Below, in pieces: positions 37,275-47,326 of a DNA stretch of 64,000 nt. Position numbers and translations under genes: made by a program. The stretch comes from an uncultured Flavobacteriales bacterium (lineage in GTDB: Bacteria; Bacteroidota; Bacteroidia; Flavobacteriales_D; Crocinitomicaceae): contig CAJXMN010000007.1 in NCBI GenBank assembly GCA_913056215.1, positions 99-64,098 of the forward strand. Reading direction: 5' to 3'. Position 1 is the stretch's first letter; each line of letters begins with the position of its first letter. The notes under the pieces were generated by a model. That model saw only the letters and a program-made list of their open reading frames with translations. It was not told the origin of the DNA and did no database searches.

Positions 37275-37309
37275 AGTAAACAGATTTATTAATTAAAAAA
37301 ACAAATACA

Positions 37310-37909
37310 ATGGCATTTGAATTACCAGATTTACCTTATGCACATGATGCATTAGAACCGCATATCGACGCAAAAACTATGGAAATCCACCATGGAAAAC
37401 ACCATGCTGGATACACAAAAAAATTGAATGCAGCAATTGAAGGTACCGACCACGAAGGGAAATCAATTGAGGAGATCTTAGTTGACGGAAAGGGTGTTTC
37501 TGCGATTAGAAATAATGGTGGAGGATTCTACAACCATAAATTGTTTTGGCAAGTAATGTCACCAAATGGTGGAGGTACCCCATCAGGAGAGCTGGGAGAT
37601 GAAATCAACAAAGAATTTGGTTCGTTTGAAGCATTTAAAGAAAAATTTTCTAAAGCTGCAGCGACACAATTCGGTTCTGGATGGGCTTGGTTGTGTGTAG
37701 CGAATGGTAAATTAGAAGTATGTTCAACAGCAAATCAAGATAACCCAATCATGGGGGAAGGTTGCAAAGGAACACCGATCTTAGGATTGGATGTTTGGGA
37801 ACATGCGTATTACCTGAATTATCAAAACCGACGTCCCGATTATATTGAAGCTTTCTTCAATGTGATTAATTGGGATGAAGTAGCGAAGCGATACACAGCT
37901 GCGAAGTAG
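37310..37909 (+). CDS. sodA: Superoxide dismutase, Mn-type signature
   Basis: [47 protein letters not shown] and DVWEHAYYL. Confidence 0.92.
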   Translation: MAFELPDLPYAHDALEPHIDAKTMEIHHGKHHAGYTKKLNAAIEGTDHEGKSIEEILVDGKGVSAIRNNGGGFYNHKLFWQVMSPNGGGTPSGELGDEINKEFGSFEAFKEKFSKAAATQFGSGWAWLCVANGKLEVCSTANQDNPIMGEGCKGTPILGLDVWEHAYYLNYQNRRPDYIEAFFNVINWDEVAKRYTAAK

Positions 37910-37932
37910 TAAACATAAAATTGTTTAGGAGA

Positions 37933-37961
37933 GGTGGAGCCCAATGGTTCCACCTTTTTTT
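37933..37961 (+). terminator. Rho-independent terminator of sodA
   Basis: GGUGGAGCC CAAU GGUUCCACC (9-bp stem with one G-U pair) followed by seven U. Confidence 0.8.
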
Positions 37962-38071
37962 ATGAAAGAAAATAATCAAGCTAGTTGATGCTACAGAACA
38001 AGATGTTGCCGTATATCAGAACAGGAGTATTATTTCGCTTTATCGTGTTGTAAGCTCAAGATTCTGCTAAA

Positions 38072-38674
38072 TTAAAAGAGACTCGTCACATTAGAAGCAA
38101 AAAGCTTGATGGATATTGCTAGCAATATGATACCGAATACCTTTTTTAGGATAGCCACGCCTCCCGAACCTAGTAATCGCTCTATTTTTCGTGTCAGTTT
38201 TAAAACGGTGAGCACGATAATCATATTGATGAGAATAGCTACAATGATATTGACCATCTCAAACTCCGCACGAAGGGAGATAAGTGAAGTCATGGATCCT
38301 GCTCCCGCTATAATGGGAAAAGCCAGCGGAACGATTCCTGCACTTTTTCCTTTAATAGGAGTTTCCTTAAATAATTCAATCCCCATAACCATCTCTATGG
38401 CCATAGCGAATAAAATGAGAGCACCTGCGACCGCGAATGACTGAAGGTTTACCCCGAATAGTTTCAGTAGACTTTCCCCTGCAATCAGAAATGCAATCAT
38501 AATGATGAGTGAGACTACTGTAATACGCATAGCGTGAATATCTCCAGATGTCTCTTTGATCTTAATAATGATCGGAATGGAACCTATGATATCAATAACA
38601 GCAAATAATACCATAATTGCTTTGAGTATCTCGTTGAAATTGAATCCACTAATCAGTTCATTAATATAATTCAT
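38072..38674 (-). CDS. MarC-family (UPF0056) integral membrane protein
   Basis: 200 aa, six TM segments. FAVIDIIGSIPI and PLAFPIIAGAGS are typical of the MarC family. Confidence 0.75.
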   Translation of the reverse strand: MNYINELISGFNFNEILKAIMVLFAVIDIIGSIPIIIKIKETSGDIHAMRITVVSLIIMIAFLIAGESLLKLFGVNLQSFAVAGALILFAMAIEMVMGIELFKETPIKGKSAGIVPLAFPIIAGAGSMTSLISLRAEFEMVNIIVAILINMIIVLTVLKLTRKIERLLGSGGVAILKKVFGIILLAISIKLFASNVTSLF

Positions 38675-38790
38675 TTGAATATGTTTTAAACCTTGTTATT
38701 AGAGAAAAAAGCGGCAAAGGTAATAGCATTTTTCAAAATTTACAATAAAAAAATAACGAGACCAATTTTCTTCGTTAGCAATTAAACGGT

Positions 38791-38798
38791 TATATTTG
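38791..38798 (+). promoter_or_regulatory. Candidate -7 box (TATATTTG) for the amidase gene
   Basis: TAnnTTTG match 20 nt upstream of ATG 38818. A partial -33 element (TTTC) lies 20 nt further upstream. Confidence 0.35.
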
Positions 38799-38817
38799 AA
38801 TCTAAATTATTGTATTT

Positions 38818-41800
38818 ATGAGACTACTACTCGTTTTGTTAATGGCTGTAGGCCATGCTTTACTTTTTGGTCAGGAGCAGAAGAACGCTTCTAAAGAATT
38901 CTCAAAAGAGCAAACTCAAGCAAAAAGTGGAATACCATTTACTGCTGCAACATATCCTGGAGCTCTTCAACCAGGAGAATCACATACATTTACGATTGAG
39001 CCGGATCACCTTTTTTCTTGTTTTGGTGTTGGTTTTGACACTGATATTCATACGCTCGAACCTGATCGTTTTGGTGTGTCTTATCGTACTCAGCGCGATA
39101 ACGGAGAATGGTCGGAATGGCATCAAACTGCTGCTGAAGTGCACCCAAGCGAAACACCTACTCAGAAATTTTGGACGGATGCTCTATTTACTTTGGATGC
39201 TACGAGTCAAGTAAAACTGGAGTTGCGATTGACCGTTCCAGTTATTGTGAACAGCGTTCAGGTAGATCTTTTTGACGGAAATTATAAATCTACGACCCAA
39301 CCTGCTAAGCAACAAGTTCAAATTCAGGAAGAGGGTACATCAGCGAGTGGTTCGCGTGCTAATTGCCCCAATTTTCCAACGATTATACCACGAAGTAACT
39401 GGTGCGGTGGCTCAGCTCCTTGTTGGCAAGTAAATTCGAGTTATACACCAACTTATATCAATGCGGGACACGTCGTTATTCATCACGGAGCCTCTCCCAA
39501 CACCTATTCGGATGGTCAAGCAGTGGTGCGCTCCTATTACAACTATCACGTAAACACCCTGGGGTGGGCTGACATTGGCTATAATTATCTTATTGATAAA
39601 TATGGAAATTTCTATCAGGGACGTCACAATCCAAACTTGCCAACGTCTGATGTTCGCGCTGCTCATGCCGGTGCGGCCAATAGTGGTTCGATTGGTATCA
39701 ATTTTTTAGGCAATCTCGATGTGACGTTGGCAACTCCGGCTCAGTTGAGTAAACTTTACGACGTGATGGCTTGGTGGTTTGATCATAAAGCGCTTAGTCC
39801 GCTCGCTTCTGCTAATATGCAAACACAAGCCTATGGTGTTCAATATATGGAACGCATAACTTGTCATCGCGATATCGGTAGCACATCTTGTCCTGGAAAT
39901 GACATGTATTCCCGCATGGGTACTATACGTCAAGAGACTCAAAACGTACTTGACAATTGTAATAATCAGACCACGGATAACGACCCTCCAACGACGTTAG
40001 TCAGTAGTACTTATGATTGGCGGGGAGACCATTTTTGGATCAATTTTGACGATACGGACAATCCTGGAGGTTCAGGTGTCGAAGAACAGTATTACCAAGT
40101 ACTGGAATATGATGGCAACGAATGGAGAGCTAATGCTGATAGTGGTTTTTTTAATGATAATTTTAATACCACCTTACACAGTGACTGGACGAGCGCCACA
40201 GGTTCATGGACCATCGATAATGATCGTTTGTATCAATCTGATGAAACCGTTGGAAATACGAATATTTATACCGATCTGGCACAAACGGACGCGCATGCTT
40301 ATCTCTACCAGTGGTCTGCACGCATGGATGGAACGGGGTCGAATCGTCGATCTGGGATTCACTTTTTTGCGGATGCTCCAACACAATCTAATCGTGGTAA
40401 TTCCTACTTGGTTTATTTCAGAGCTGATAACAATACAGTTCAGATCTATAAAGTTACGAATAATACCATCAATTTAGAAGAAAGTATTCCGCATACGATT
40501 GATGCCGGCACGTGGTATGACTATAAAGTGACTTATGACCCCGTTTCTGGTGAAATAGCGGCGTTTGTAGATAACGAGCGCGTAGCAGCTTTTATTGATT
40601 CTTCTCCGCTCACTTCGGGTAGTTACATATCGATGCGAAATGGCAATGCGCAAGTGCGGTTTGATAACCTTAAAGTACGTAAAAGTCGCGACTTTCAGGA
40701 GAAGATCACCGTCGGGCCATCCGCAGTGAATGAAGCCCATTTTGAGTCGCCCAACAATCAACAAGACGCTTGCCGGATAAACAGTATCGTCAAAGACGGA
40801 GCCGACAACTGGTCCAATCAGGATGCAAAGCACATTTACGTCGATTGGACGCACCCGACATCTTCAGGGTCAGTGCCCTCTAATTGGCAAACCACTGATT
40901 TTTCGACTAATTTTCAGGATGCCGATAATACGAATGGTAGTGGAGTGATGAAAGCATTTTATCAAGTGATTGATTATGATGGAATCAAATGGCGTGGAAA
41001 TGCGGATTACGGGTTTTGTTCAGATAACTTTAATCAAGGAGCGATTGATCCTGCCTGGACCGTCGAAAGTGGAAGCTGGAATGTGAACAACGGATACTTG
41101 GAGCAAACGGATGAAGCAATAGGGAATTCTAACATATATACTTATGTTAAAAGTGATTTATCTAACCGTTATCTCTATCATTTTCAAATGAAATTGGACG
41201 GAGCAGGTAACAATCGCAGAGGTGGTATACACTATTTCTGTGATGACCCCTCAGCTACCAATAGAGGGAACTCCTATTTCGTTTGGTTCCGTCAAGAGTT
41301 GCAGACGCTCGAATTTTATAGTGTCAGTAATGACACGTTTACACAACAAAAAGTGGTGCCGATATCATTTGATGCCAATACGTGGATGGATATAAAAGTC
41401 GCTTATGATCGGATCACAGGAGAAACTTTTGTTTACAAAGATGATAAATTAATTGGTGACTGGCAGGATAACACGCCCTTAACTAGTGGCGATTACGTTT
41501 CCTTTAGAAGTGGTAATTCCAATATGTCCGTCAATAATTTTAAGGTATACCGTTCCCGTTACCCAACCGTTCAGGTTTCTGTGGGTAGCACCAATAGTGA
41601 GATTCGCTATCAAAATGCGTCACCTTCAAATTTCTCCGCAAAGGTGAAGTCGATCATTCAGGATTCGGCCCAGAACTTATCGGCAATTGACTATGTGGAT
41701 TTAAATATCGACTGGACACCGCCTACGACAATGAGTAATGTGTCAGATGTTGCAGCAGTGGATGCGGACACCTTTTACACAATAAATGAAATTACAGCGT

Positions 41801-42303
41801 ATTGGTCAGCTGCTCAAGACCCGCATTCTGCAATCAATTTCTATGAGATGAGTGTAGGAACATCAACTGGAGATTCCAATATCGTTGCATGGACACCCGT
41901 GGGTAATCTTACGGATGCTACACTTTCCGGCTTGTCGCTAACAACTGGACAAATGTATTATGTCAATCTGAGAGCTGTTAATAATGCAGGTTTAAAATCG
42001 GGTGTTGTTTCTTCTGATGGGCAGTACCTTCACAAAACGGCAGGGCTTAGTAATCAAAATGAAACTCCGTTTGTTGTTTATCCAAATCCTTTTGATAGGG
42101 AAATTCAACTCGAATTCCCGGAAGTTATTGGAAAAGCCACGGTTCGCTTGTTTGCAATTAATGGGCAATTGATCCAAAAGGCTGAAAAGAAAGCGGAGGA
42201 TCAATCGATGAAATTATCCATTGATTCAGACCTTGCCAGCGGGGCGTATTACTTAACAGTGCAGACGACAGAAGGGGTCTACCGTAAAAAGGTGATCCAT
42301 TAA
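38818..42303 (+). CDS. Large T9SS-secreted N-acetylmuramoyl-L-alanine amidase (PGRP/Amidase_2 type) with two tandem modules of about 290 aa, an FN3-like domain and a type-A sorting domain
   Basis: Amidase_2 region at about nt 39377-39925: IIPRSNWCGG, VVIHHGASPN, GWADIGYNYLIDKYGNFYQGR, AAHAGAANSGSIGINFLGN and ITCHRDIGSTSCPG (His/His/Cys zinc ligands). Repeat modules at 39982-40842 and 40843-41709. C-terminus VVYPNPFDREIQLEF...GAYYLTVQTTEGVYRKKVIH. Confidence 0.85.
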   Translation: MRLLLVLLMAVGHALLFGQEQKNASKEFSKEQTQAKSGIPFTAATYPGALQPGESHTFTIEPDHLFSCFGVGFDTDIHTLEPDRFGVSYRTQRDNGEWSEWHQTAAEVHPSETPTQKFWTDALFTLDATSQVKLELRLTVPVIVNSVQVDLFDGNYKSTTQPAKQQVQIQEEGTSASGSRANCPNFPTIIPRSNWCGGSAPCWQVNSSYTPTYINAGHVVIHHGASPNTYSDGQAVVRSYYNYHVNTLGWADIGYNYLIDKYGNFYQGRHNPNLPTSDVRAAHAGAANSGSIGINFLGNLDVTLATPAQLSKLYDVMAWWFDHKALSPLASANMQTQAYGVQYMERITCHRDIGSTSCPGNDMYSRMGTIRQETQNVLDNCNNQTTDNDPPTTLVSSTYDWRGDHFWINFDDTDNPGGSGVEEQYYQVLEYDGNEWRANADSGFFNDNFNTTLHSDWTSATGSWTIDNDRLYQSDETVGNTNIYTDLAQTDAHAYLYQWSARMDGTGSNRRSGIHFFADAPTQSNRGNSYLVYFRADNNTVQIYKVTNNTINLEESIPHTIDAGTWYDYKVTYDPVSGEIAAFVDNERVAAFIDSSPLTSGSYISMRNGNAQVRFDNLKVRKSRDFQEKITVGPSAVNEAHFESPNNQQDACRINSIVKDGADNWSNQDAKHIYVDWTHPTSSGSVPSNWQTTDFSTNFQDADNTNGSGVMKAFYQVIDYDGIKWRGNADYGFCSDNFNQGAIDPAWTVESGSWNVNNGYLEQTDEAIGNSNIYTYVKSDLSNRYLYHFQMKLDGAGNNRRGGIHYFCDDPSATNRGNSYFVWFRQELQTLEFYSVSNDTFTQQKVVPISFDANTWMDIKVAYDRITGETFVYKDDKLIGDWQDNTPLTSGDYVSFRSGNSNMSVNNFKVYRSRYPTVQVSVGSTNSEIRYQNASPSNFSAKVKSIIQDSAQNLSAIDYVDLNIDWTPPTTMSNVSDVAAVDADTFYTINEITAYWSAAQDPHSAINFYEMSVGTSTGDSNIVAWTPVGNLTDATLSGLSLTTGQMYYVNLRAVNNAGLKSGVVSSDGQYLHKTAGLSNQNETPFVVYPNPFDREIQLEFPEVIGKATVRLFAINGQLIQKAEKKAEDQSMKLSIDSDLASGAYYLTVQTTEGVYRKKVIH

Positions 42304-42504
42304 ATAGGTAAGAGTACCAGGAAGGGTGTTTTGTTAGCGGAAATCAAGAATCATGATAACTCCTGATTGAAGCAATTACTCATTATTGTGATAATCGAGT
42401 ACCCTCTGATTGAAGCTATCTTAGTTTAAGAAATAGGTCGAGCATGTGCCTGTGAGATCAAAGAGAGTGTTGTTGCTGCGGCAAATCACAGATTCTCACT
42501 ATTC

Positions 42505-43935
42505 CTACTCAACATAACTCAATTTCAACATGTTGGATTTTCCTTTGGCCTCTATAGGCATAGAAGCTATATTGATCACTAAATCACCACTTTCTAAATG
42601 ACCTTGTTTCTTCAAAAGGTACTTAATATCAGCAATCGTGTGATCTGTACTCACCATTTTGTCATAAAAGATCCCTTTGACACCCCAGATTAAATTGAGC
42701 TGAGTTAAAATTTCCTTATTGCTTGTAAATACAAAAATGGGAGCTTTGGGGCGTTGCGAGGCGATTTTATAAGCAGTATAGCCAGAAAAGGACATGGTGA
42801 CAATAGCATTGGCTTCAACCCGTTGTCCCAGTCGCGTAGCATTAAAACAAATTGAATCCGAAATAAAGCGTTCTTGATTTTTTTCGGGAAGCTCTTCCTT
42901 GTGGTAAATTATTTCAGACTCTTCAATTTTCCCTACGATCTTGCTCATTGCTTGAATTACACGCACAGGAAATTGACCGACCGAAGTTTCGCCGGATAGC
43001 ATCACTGCATCGGCGCCATCCAATACGGCATTGGCTACATCATTGACTTCTGCCCGCGTCGGTGTGTAATTGTCGATCATGCTTTCCATCATTTGGGTAG
43101 CCACAATAATCGGTTTTGCGTGCAAGTAACACTTTTTGATGAGCATTTTTTGAACTAAGGGTACGTCTTCCATCGGGATCTCTACACCTAAATCTCCCCG
43201 AGCAACCATGATGGCATCAGTTTGTTGAATGATCTCATCAATATCTTCTATAGCTTCAGGCTTCTCAATTTTTGCCACGATGCGAGCTTTGCGTTTATGT
43301 TTTCGAATGATATGTTTGAGCTCGATAATATCCCGAGCTGAACGCACAAAAGATAGTCCGATCCAATCCACGTCTTTACTCAGCGCAAACTCGAGGTCCT
43401 TTATATCTTTTTCAGTGAGCGAAGGCATGGAGATCACAGTATTTGGCAAGTTTACACCTTTATTGGAAGAGAGGTATCCACCGTGAATAACCTTTGCTTT
43501 TATTGAGGAGTTGCCGTCTGAACTGATCACCTCTAATTCCAATTTTCCGTCATCGAGGCGAATTTTCTCTCCTTTTTTAACGTCTGCTGGAAGTTGAGGA
43601 TAATTGATCGAAAATTGTTGCGATGTACCTACAATTGACTCATCTGTAACGATGGTGACAGCATCACCAGATGTTAATTCAATGCCGTCATTTTCCATTT
43701 TTCTCACGCGTATTTTAGGCCCTTGCAAATCAGCTAAAAGCGCTACGTTTAACCCCGTTTCATCGTTGAGCTCTCTCACGTTTTGTATCACTTGATCGTG
43801 ATCGTCGTATGAACCGTGAGAAAAGTTGAGTCGTGCGACATTCATACCCTCCTGCATCATTGCAAGAAGCGTAGATTTGTCCGCTGAAGAAGGACCGATG
43901 GTCGCCACTATTTTTGTTCTTTTCATAGTATTCAA
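42505..43935 (-). CDS. pyk: Pyruvate kinase
   Basis: KRTKIVATIGPSS, MNVARLNFSHG, LLADLQGPKIR, MVARGDLGVEIP and ATQMMESM. Confidence 0.95.
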   Translation of the reverse strand: MNTMKRTKIVATIGPSSADKSTLLAMMQEGMNVARLNFSHGSYDDHDQVIQNVRELNDETGLNVALLADLQGPKIRVRKMENDGIELTSGDAVTIVTDESIVGTSQQFSINYPQLPADVKKGEKIRLDDGKLELEVISSDGNSSIKAKVIHGGYLSSNKGVNLPNTVISMPSLTEKDIKDLEFALSKDVDWIGLSFVRSARDIIELKHIIRKHKRKARIVAKIEKPEAIEDIDEIIQQTDAIMVARGDLGVEIPMEDVPLVQKMLIKKCYLHAKPIIVATQMMESMIDNYTPTRAEVNDVANAVLDGADAVMLSGETSVGQFPVRVIQAMSKIVGKIEESEIIYHKEELPEKNQERFISDSICFNATRLGQRVEANAIVTMSFSGYTAYKIASQRPKAPIFVFTSNKEILTQLNLIWGVKGIFYDKMVSTDHTIADIKYLLKKQGHLESGDLVINIASMPIEAKGKSNMLKLSYVE

Positions 43936-43946
43936 TTTTTTAATCT

Positions 43947-44366
43947 TTAAAAGATCAACTTATTACTTGATCGCAATTCGTTTGGATCAAAGTAAAACGC
44001 CGTCAATATACACGATATCTCTTTGAGCTGTGTTAATAAATCATCAATTTCCACTAATCCAGCTTCTTTTACCACTAAAAAGTAATCTATTTGAGCTTTC
44101 TCTGGTATTAAAAACTGATTTTGGCATTTATTCTGTATCAAGTAGAAGTCGCGCAAGTCTAATTCATCGTACCATTCATAAAAGGAATGGGATGATATGA
44201 CCTCTCCTTTTTTTCCCGACACCATAAAAGGTTCTATAGATTTTTCTAAATGTAGGTTTAATTTATCATTTAACGCCCAGCAAACACGATAATCACGCTG
44301 ATGACTGCACAAACCAAAGAGGTCAAAGTTTAAGTCATCTTCTAATTGTAGCGTGTGTTTTGCCAT
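43947..44366 (-). CDS. IPExxxVDY-family hypothetical protein
   Basis: Contains IPEKAQIDYFLVV. Small protein immediately upstream of pyk. Internal ATG at 44366 is preferred. Family name is from memory. Confidence 0.55.
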   Translation of the reverse strand: MAKHTLQLEDDLNFDLFGLCSHQRDYRVCWALNDKLNLHLEKSIEPFMVSGKKGEVISSHSFYEWYDELDLRDFYLIQNKCQNQFLIPEKAQIDYFLVVKEAGLVEIDDLLTQLKEISCILTAFYFDPNELRSSNKLIF

Positions 44367-44421
44367 AGATTGTAATTCTTTACACCACAAAATTAACGAA
44401 TCCTATTGAATCCAACCCCAT

Positions 44422-46560
44422 CTAATTGGCTTCTTCAATGCGATAATTGATTAATGGATTTTGGTTGCGTTGTGGTATGAGCACAGGGTGTTTGAGCGTG
44501 AGTTTGCCAAAAATAGAAGTACGCTGCTGATGCACATTTAACAACTCTAGGTCTTGATAACCTAAATAGCGTATGTTATATTTTTTAAGTGGTTTCAACC
44601 CTTCGACCTTAATACGTTGAGGTTTCCAGGTAATTGGTTTGGCCGTTTGATATGCGGGTTCATTCAAATAGCATGGGGTGCTTTCATTGCGAGATGCGTT
44701 ACTTATTGTATGGACATTAAAGGTTCTGTTATAGATATAACCAGAAGAATGGCTTTGAGAGCTATTGACGATGTATTGATTTTCCAGGAGTGCTTTGTTA
44801 CTGCGTCGAAATGTCTTTTTTTCTCGTCCTAGTAGCTGTTTTTCGCTTAAAAGTGTGGTAAAACTACGTTGATTGTAATAATTTTTGGCATCTATAATAG
44901 CTTTCCAGGATTGTCGCGTGTCGTTCCAACTACTATCACCTTTAGTTTGATAGGTGAAAGCAGCCCAGATGTAATGACCAGCTGCGCCCGTGTAGATATA
45001 ACGTCTAATGTCTAGTTGATGCCCTTGTAACTTGGAACACTGATGGGTACCATCACCGTGATCAGACTCTCCGAACAAAACAGGCTTGTTATAGGTACTA
45101 TGGAGACGCTCGATTACGCATGCCATGGAATTTTCAGAATTCGCGCAGCCATTGTTAGAACCACTTTTAGAAACAAGTAGCTTTTCTGGACTTTTACTGT
45201 AATAAGAGATGGATATAAAATCAATATTGGGATCGAACCAGGTGCTGTCTGAATAGTGAGGTGTGGCGGGTGTAAAATGTGAAAATATTCCAGTTTTTCC
45301 CACTGGAAAACGTCCGACCGCTCCTAACAATTTGTTGTCCAGTTTTAAGCTGTCTTTGATAAAACTAGCAATATCGCGGTGGTAGTTATGAACAGCACGC
45401 CTTGCACGATTACCTGACCGTCCTAAACTATCGTAAGGCGTGTCGTGATTGTGACTATGCTCATCAATGTGCCAGGGCTCACACAATAATTCTATACTTG
45501 AAACAGCTGTCGAATAGCCCCATCTGGCTATAATATAGCGTGTTTTTTGACGAAGATAACGGAGCGGTTCATCATTGAGGAACATGTCTGAAGGTGTTTT
45601 AGAGTCCCATTTTTTAGCATAACCAGAAATGTAATTGATATCTTTGTATGGCCATATATCTTTGTCATGCCAATAATCAGCGTAGTCGTATTTGAACTGG
45701 TTATAATCGCCTAATTTCATAAACATCGTATGATACATGAGGTTAAAATTGATTAAAAGCTCCTCTTTTTCGCAATAAGTCAGCATGTTGTCCACTTCCT
45801 GCGCATAGTGCTGCCGATCTTGGTAATAACCGACTTCTTCAAATTCAATATCGGTAGAACTGGGGTGCATAAAAAACCGAAAGTACTCACCGCCCTCTCG
45901 ACCATACTGACGGATCATCTTTTGAAACGAAGTCCATGCTGAAAGCTGAAGTTTTTCGTCTTTATCCTGACTATAGATGAGATTGTTGTTGACATGTGGT
46001 GAGGGGAAATTAACTCCTGAAGGGTAGATGGTTTTACCGTCGCGCTGCAAATAACGCTGATGATCATCTGTAGTCACGTGACCTGGCTTAGGACTTGGAG
46101 CGATGGTCACATGAAGAGGCATAGCCGATATATTTCGTTGCTTGGAAATGGTCGCTACGATATCAACTTTCCATTTTCCAGCATGAGGTGGAGCAAAACG
46201 AATACGAAATGGTTGCTCCGTTGAGGTGTAATTCCAATGTTGATTTTCGGGGTCTCGCTCAACAGCTTGGTACCAGAATCCGATAGTGCGGTGTTTTTCA
46301 CCTGTTTTCTGATGAGTAAACGTTGCTTTCAGGTCAATATCCCAAGCAACAAAAGGGTTTAGTCCATTTCGATGATGAGGTTCGCCATTTAGATAGCGTT
46401 GGATCGATTGCATGATGGGTTCAGGAAGTACGACGCTCAATTCGAGTCGTTGATTTTTAAGTCGTTCATCATCAGGCGTTACGATAGAAACGCCCATAGT
46501 TTCAGCAGCCACCGAAAACAAATTGACCAGACCAAACAAACCAATGAGTAAATACTTCAT
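44422..46560 (-). CDS. Secreted GH5-like protein with DUF5060-like N-terminal domain; paralogue of ORF 967-3735 without a T9SS tail
   Basis: From the ATG at 46560: MKYLLIGLFGLVNLFSVAAE (signal). FRIRFAPPHAGKWKVDIVATI compares with FRVRFAPPFTGTWSCKIIVDI, RYIIARWGYS with RYIVARWGYS, and KPVLFGESDHGDG with KPLFFSETGAHE. No YPNP...sorting domain. Confidence 0.7.
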   Translation of the reverse strand: MKYLLIGLFGLVNLFSVAAETMGVSIVTPDDERLKNQRLELSVVLPEPIMQSIQRYLNGEPHHRNGLNPFVAWDIDLKATFTHQKTGEKHRTIGFWYQAVERDPENQHWNYTSTEQPFRIRFAPPHAGKWKVDIVATISKQRNISAMPLHVTIAPSPKPGHVTTDDHQRYLQRDGKTIYPSGVNFPSPHVNNNLIYSQDKDEKLQLSAWTSFQKMIRQYGREGGEYFRFFMHPSSTDIEFEEVGYYQDRQHYAQEVDNMLTYCEKEELLINFNLMYHTMFMKLGDYNQFKYDYADYWHDKDIWPYKDINYISGYAKKWDSKTPSDMFLNDEPLRYLRQKTRYIIARWGYSTAVSSIELLCEPWHIDEHSHNHDTPYDSLGRSGNRARRAVHNYHRDIASFIKDSLKLDNKLLGAVGRFPVGKTGIFSHFTPATPHYSDSTWFDPNIDFISISYYSKSPEKLLVSKSGSNNGCANSENSMACVIERLHSTYNKPVLFGESDHGDGTHQCSKLQGHQLDIRRYIYTGAAGHYIWAAFTYQTKGDSSWNDTRQSWKAIIDAKNYYNQRSFTTLLSEKQLLGREKKTFRRSNKALLENQYIVNSSQSHSSGYIYNRTFNVHTISNASRNESTPCYLNEPAYQTAKPITWKPQRIKVEGLKPLKKYNIRYLGYQDLELLNVHQQRTSIFGKLTLKHPVLIPQRNQNPLINYRIEEAN

Positions 46561-46570
46561 GAGTATAAAA

Positions 46571-47326
46571 TTAGTAGAATTCAAACAGCAGCGGTCGACT
46601 CGGTGCTGCATCATTTTCAAAAGGAGCGACCTGCAAATTTAAGAGATAATCACCATCATCAATAGCGTCAGGTATATATACCAATTCAGTAATTGTGCGA
46701 TCAAATTGAGGTGTATCGGGCACACCCCAAAAACCGTGATGAAAATTGAGTTTTCCATTGTCAAATTCAGGGTCCACGCTCGGGAGATCAACCAATAGAT
46801 GACGTACACCCATTTTATCTAATAGCGGAAGGCAGTCAGGGGAAAGGTAAGGAGGGTTCGTATTCGAATAGTTCTTATTTTTTTTAGTGATTGGATTTGG
46901 CTGTGTTCGAATTATAAGAGCCTTTATATCACTTCTATGTGCAAAATGTTCCAGTTGATCACTGAAAACAACTTGATCTACGCGATCAGCTTCAGGAACC
47001 GGCACATCAATAGGAGTAACAGAAATAACAGTAGCATTAAAAAAGTAGGTATTGAGGTGCTCATTGATACTGTACACTTTTTTCGTAATGTGACCTAGGC
47101 ATTCAGTATGAGTGCCGTGACCATGAGGGTTAAAAAAAATATTACGAAAATTTACGGAACCTCCTTCAGCAACTGCTCCCGTCCAGTTGGCTGTCCGCAC
47201 AGGTTCAATGATAGGTGGCTCCACGTACCAGGCACGCGGGTTTTCCGACGTATTGGAAAGTGGAATTGAAATGTCCTTCCCGTTTTTGAGGTTTACTTTT
47301 TTGCCATCTGTTGTCGTTAAAATCAT
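46571..47326 (-). CDS. Cyclase-family protein (kynurenine formamidase-like fold)
   Basis: HGHGTHTECLGH resembles the HxGTHxDxPxH cyclase/arylformamidase motif, with Glu in place of Asp. Confidence 0.6.
   Translation of the reverse strand: MILTTTDGKKVNLKNGKDISIPLSNTSENPRAWYVEPPIIEPVRTANWTGAVAEGGSVNFRNIFFNPHGHGTHTECLGHITKKVYSINEHLNTYFFNATVISVTPIDVPVPEADRVDQVVFSDQLEHFAHRSDIKALIIRTQPNPITKKNKNYSNTNPPYLSPDCLPLLDKMGVRHLLVDLPSVDPEFDNGKLNFHHGFWGVPDTPQFDRTITELVYIPDAIDDGDYLLNLQVAPFENDAAPSRPLLFEFY

Noticed and set aside
37107-37292. 61-codon Cys-containing ORF (CKQCKNC motif) upstream of sodA
   Set aside because: It lies in an AT-rich promoter region and overlaps the candidate sodA -7 box. It has no upstream promoter-like motif and no recognisable fold, so it is probably non-coding.
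42363-42416. 11-mer CTGATTGAAGC occurring twice, 43 nt apart, in the convergent gap between the amidase gene and pyk
   Set aside because: It is too short, with only two copies, and neither flanking gene has a promoter in this gap. It could be chance or part of weak terminator structures.
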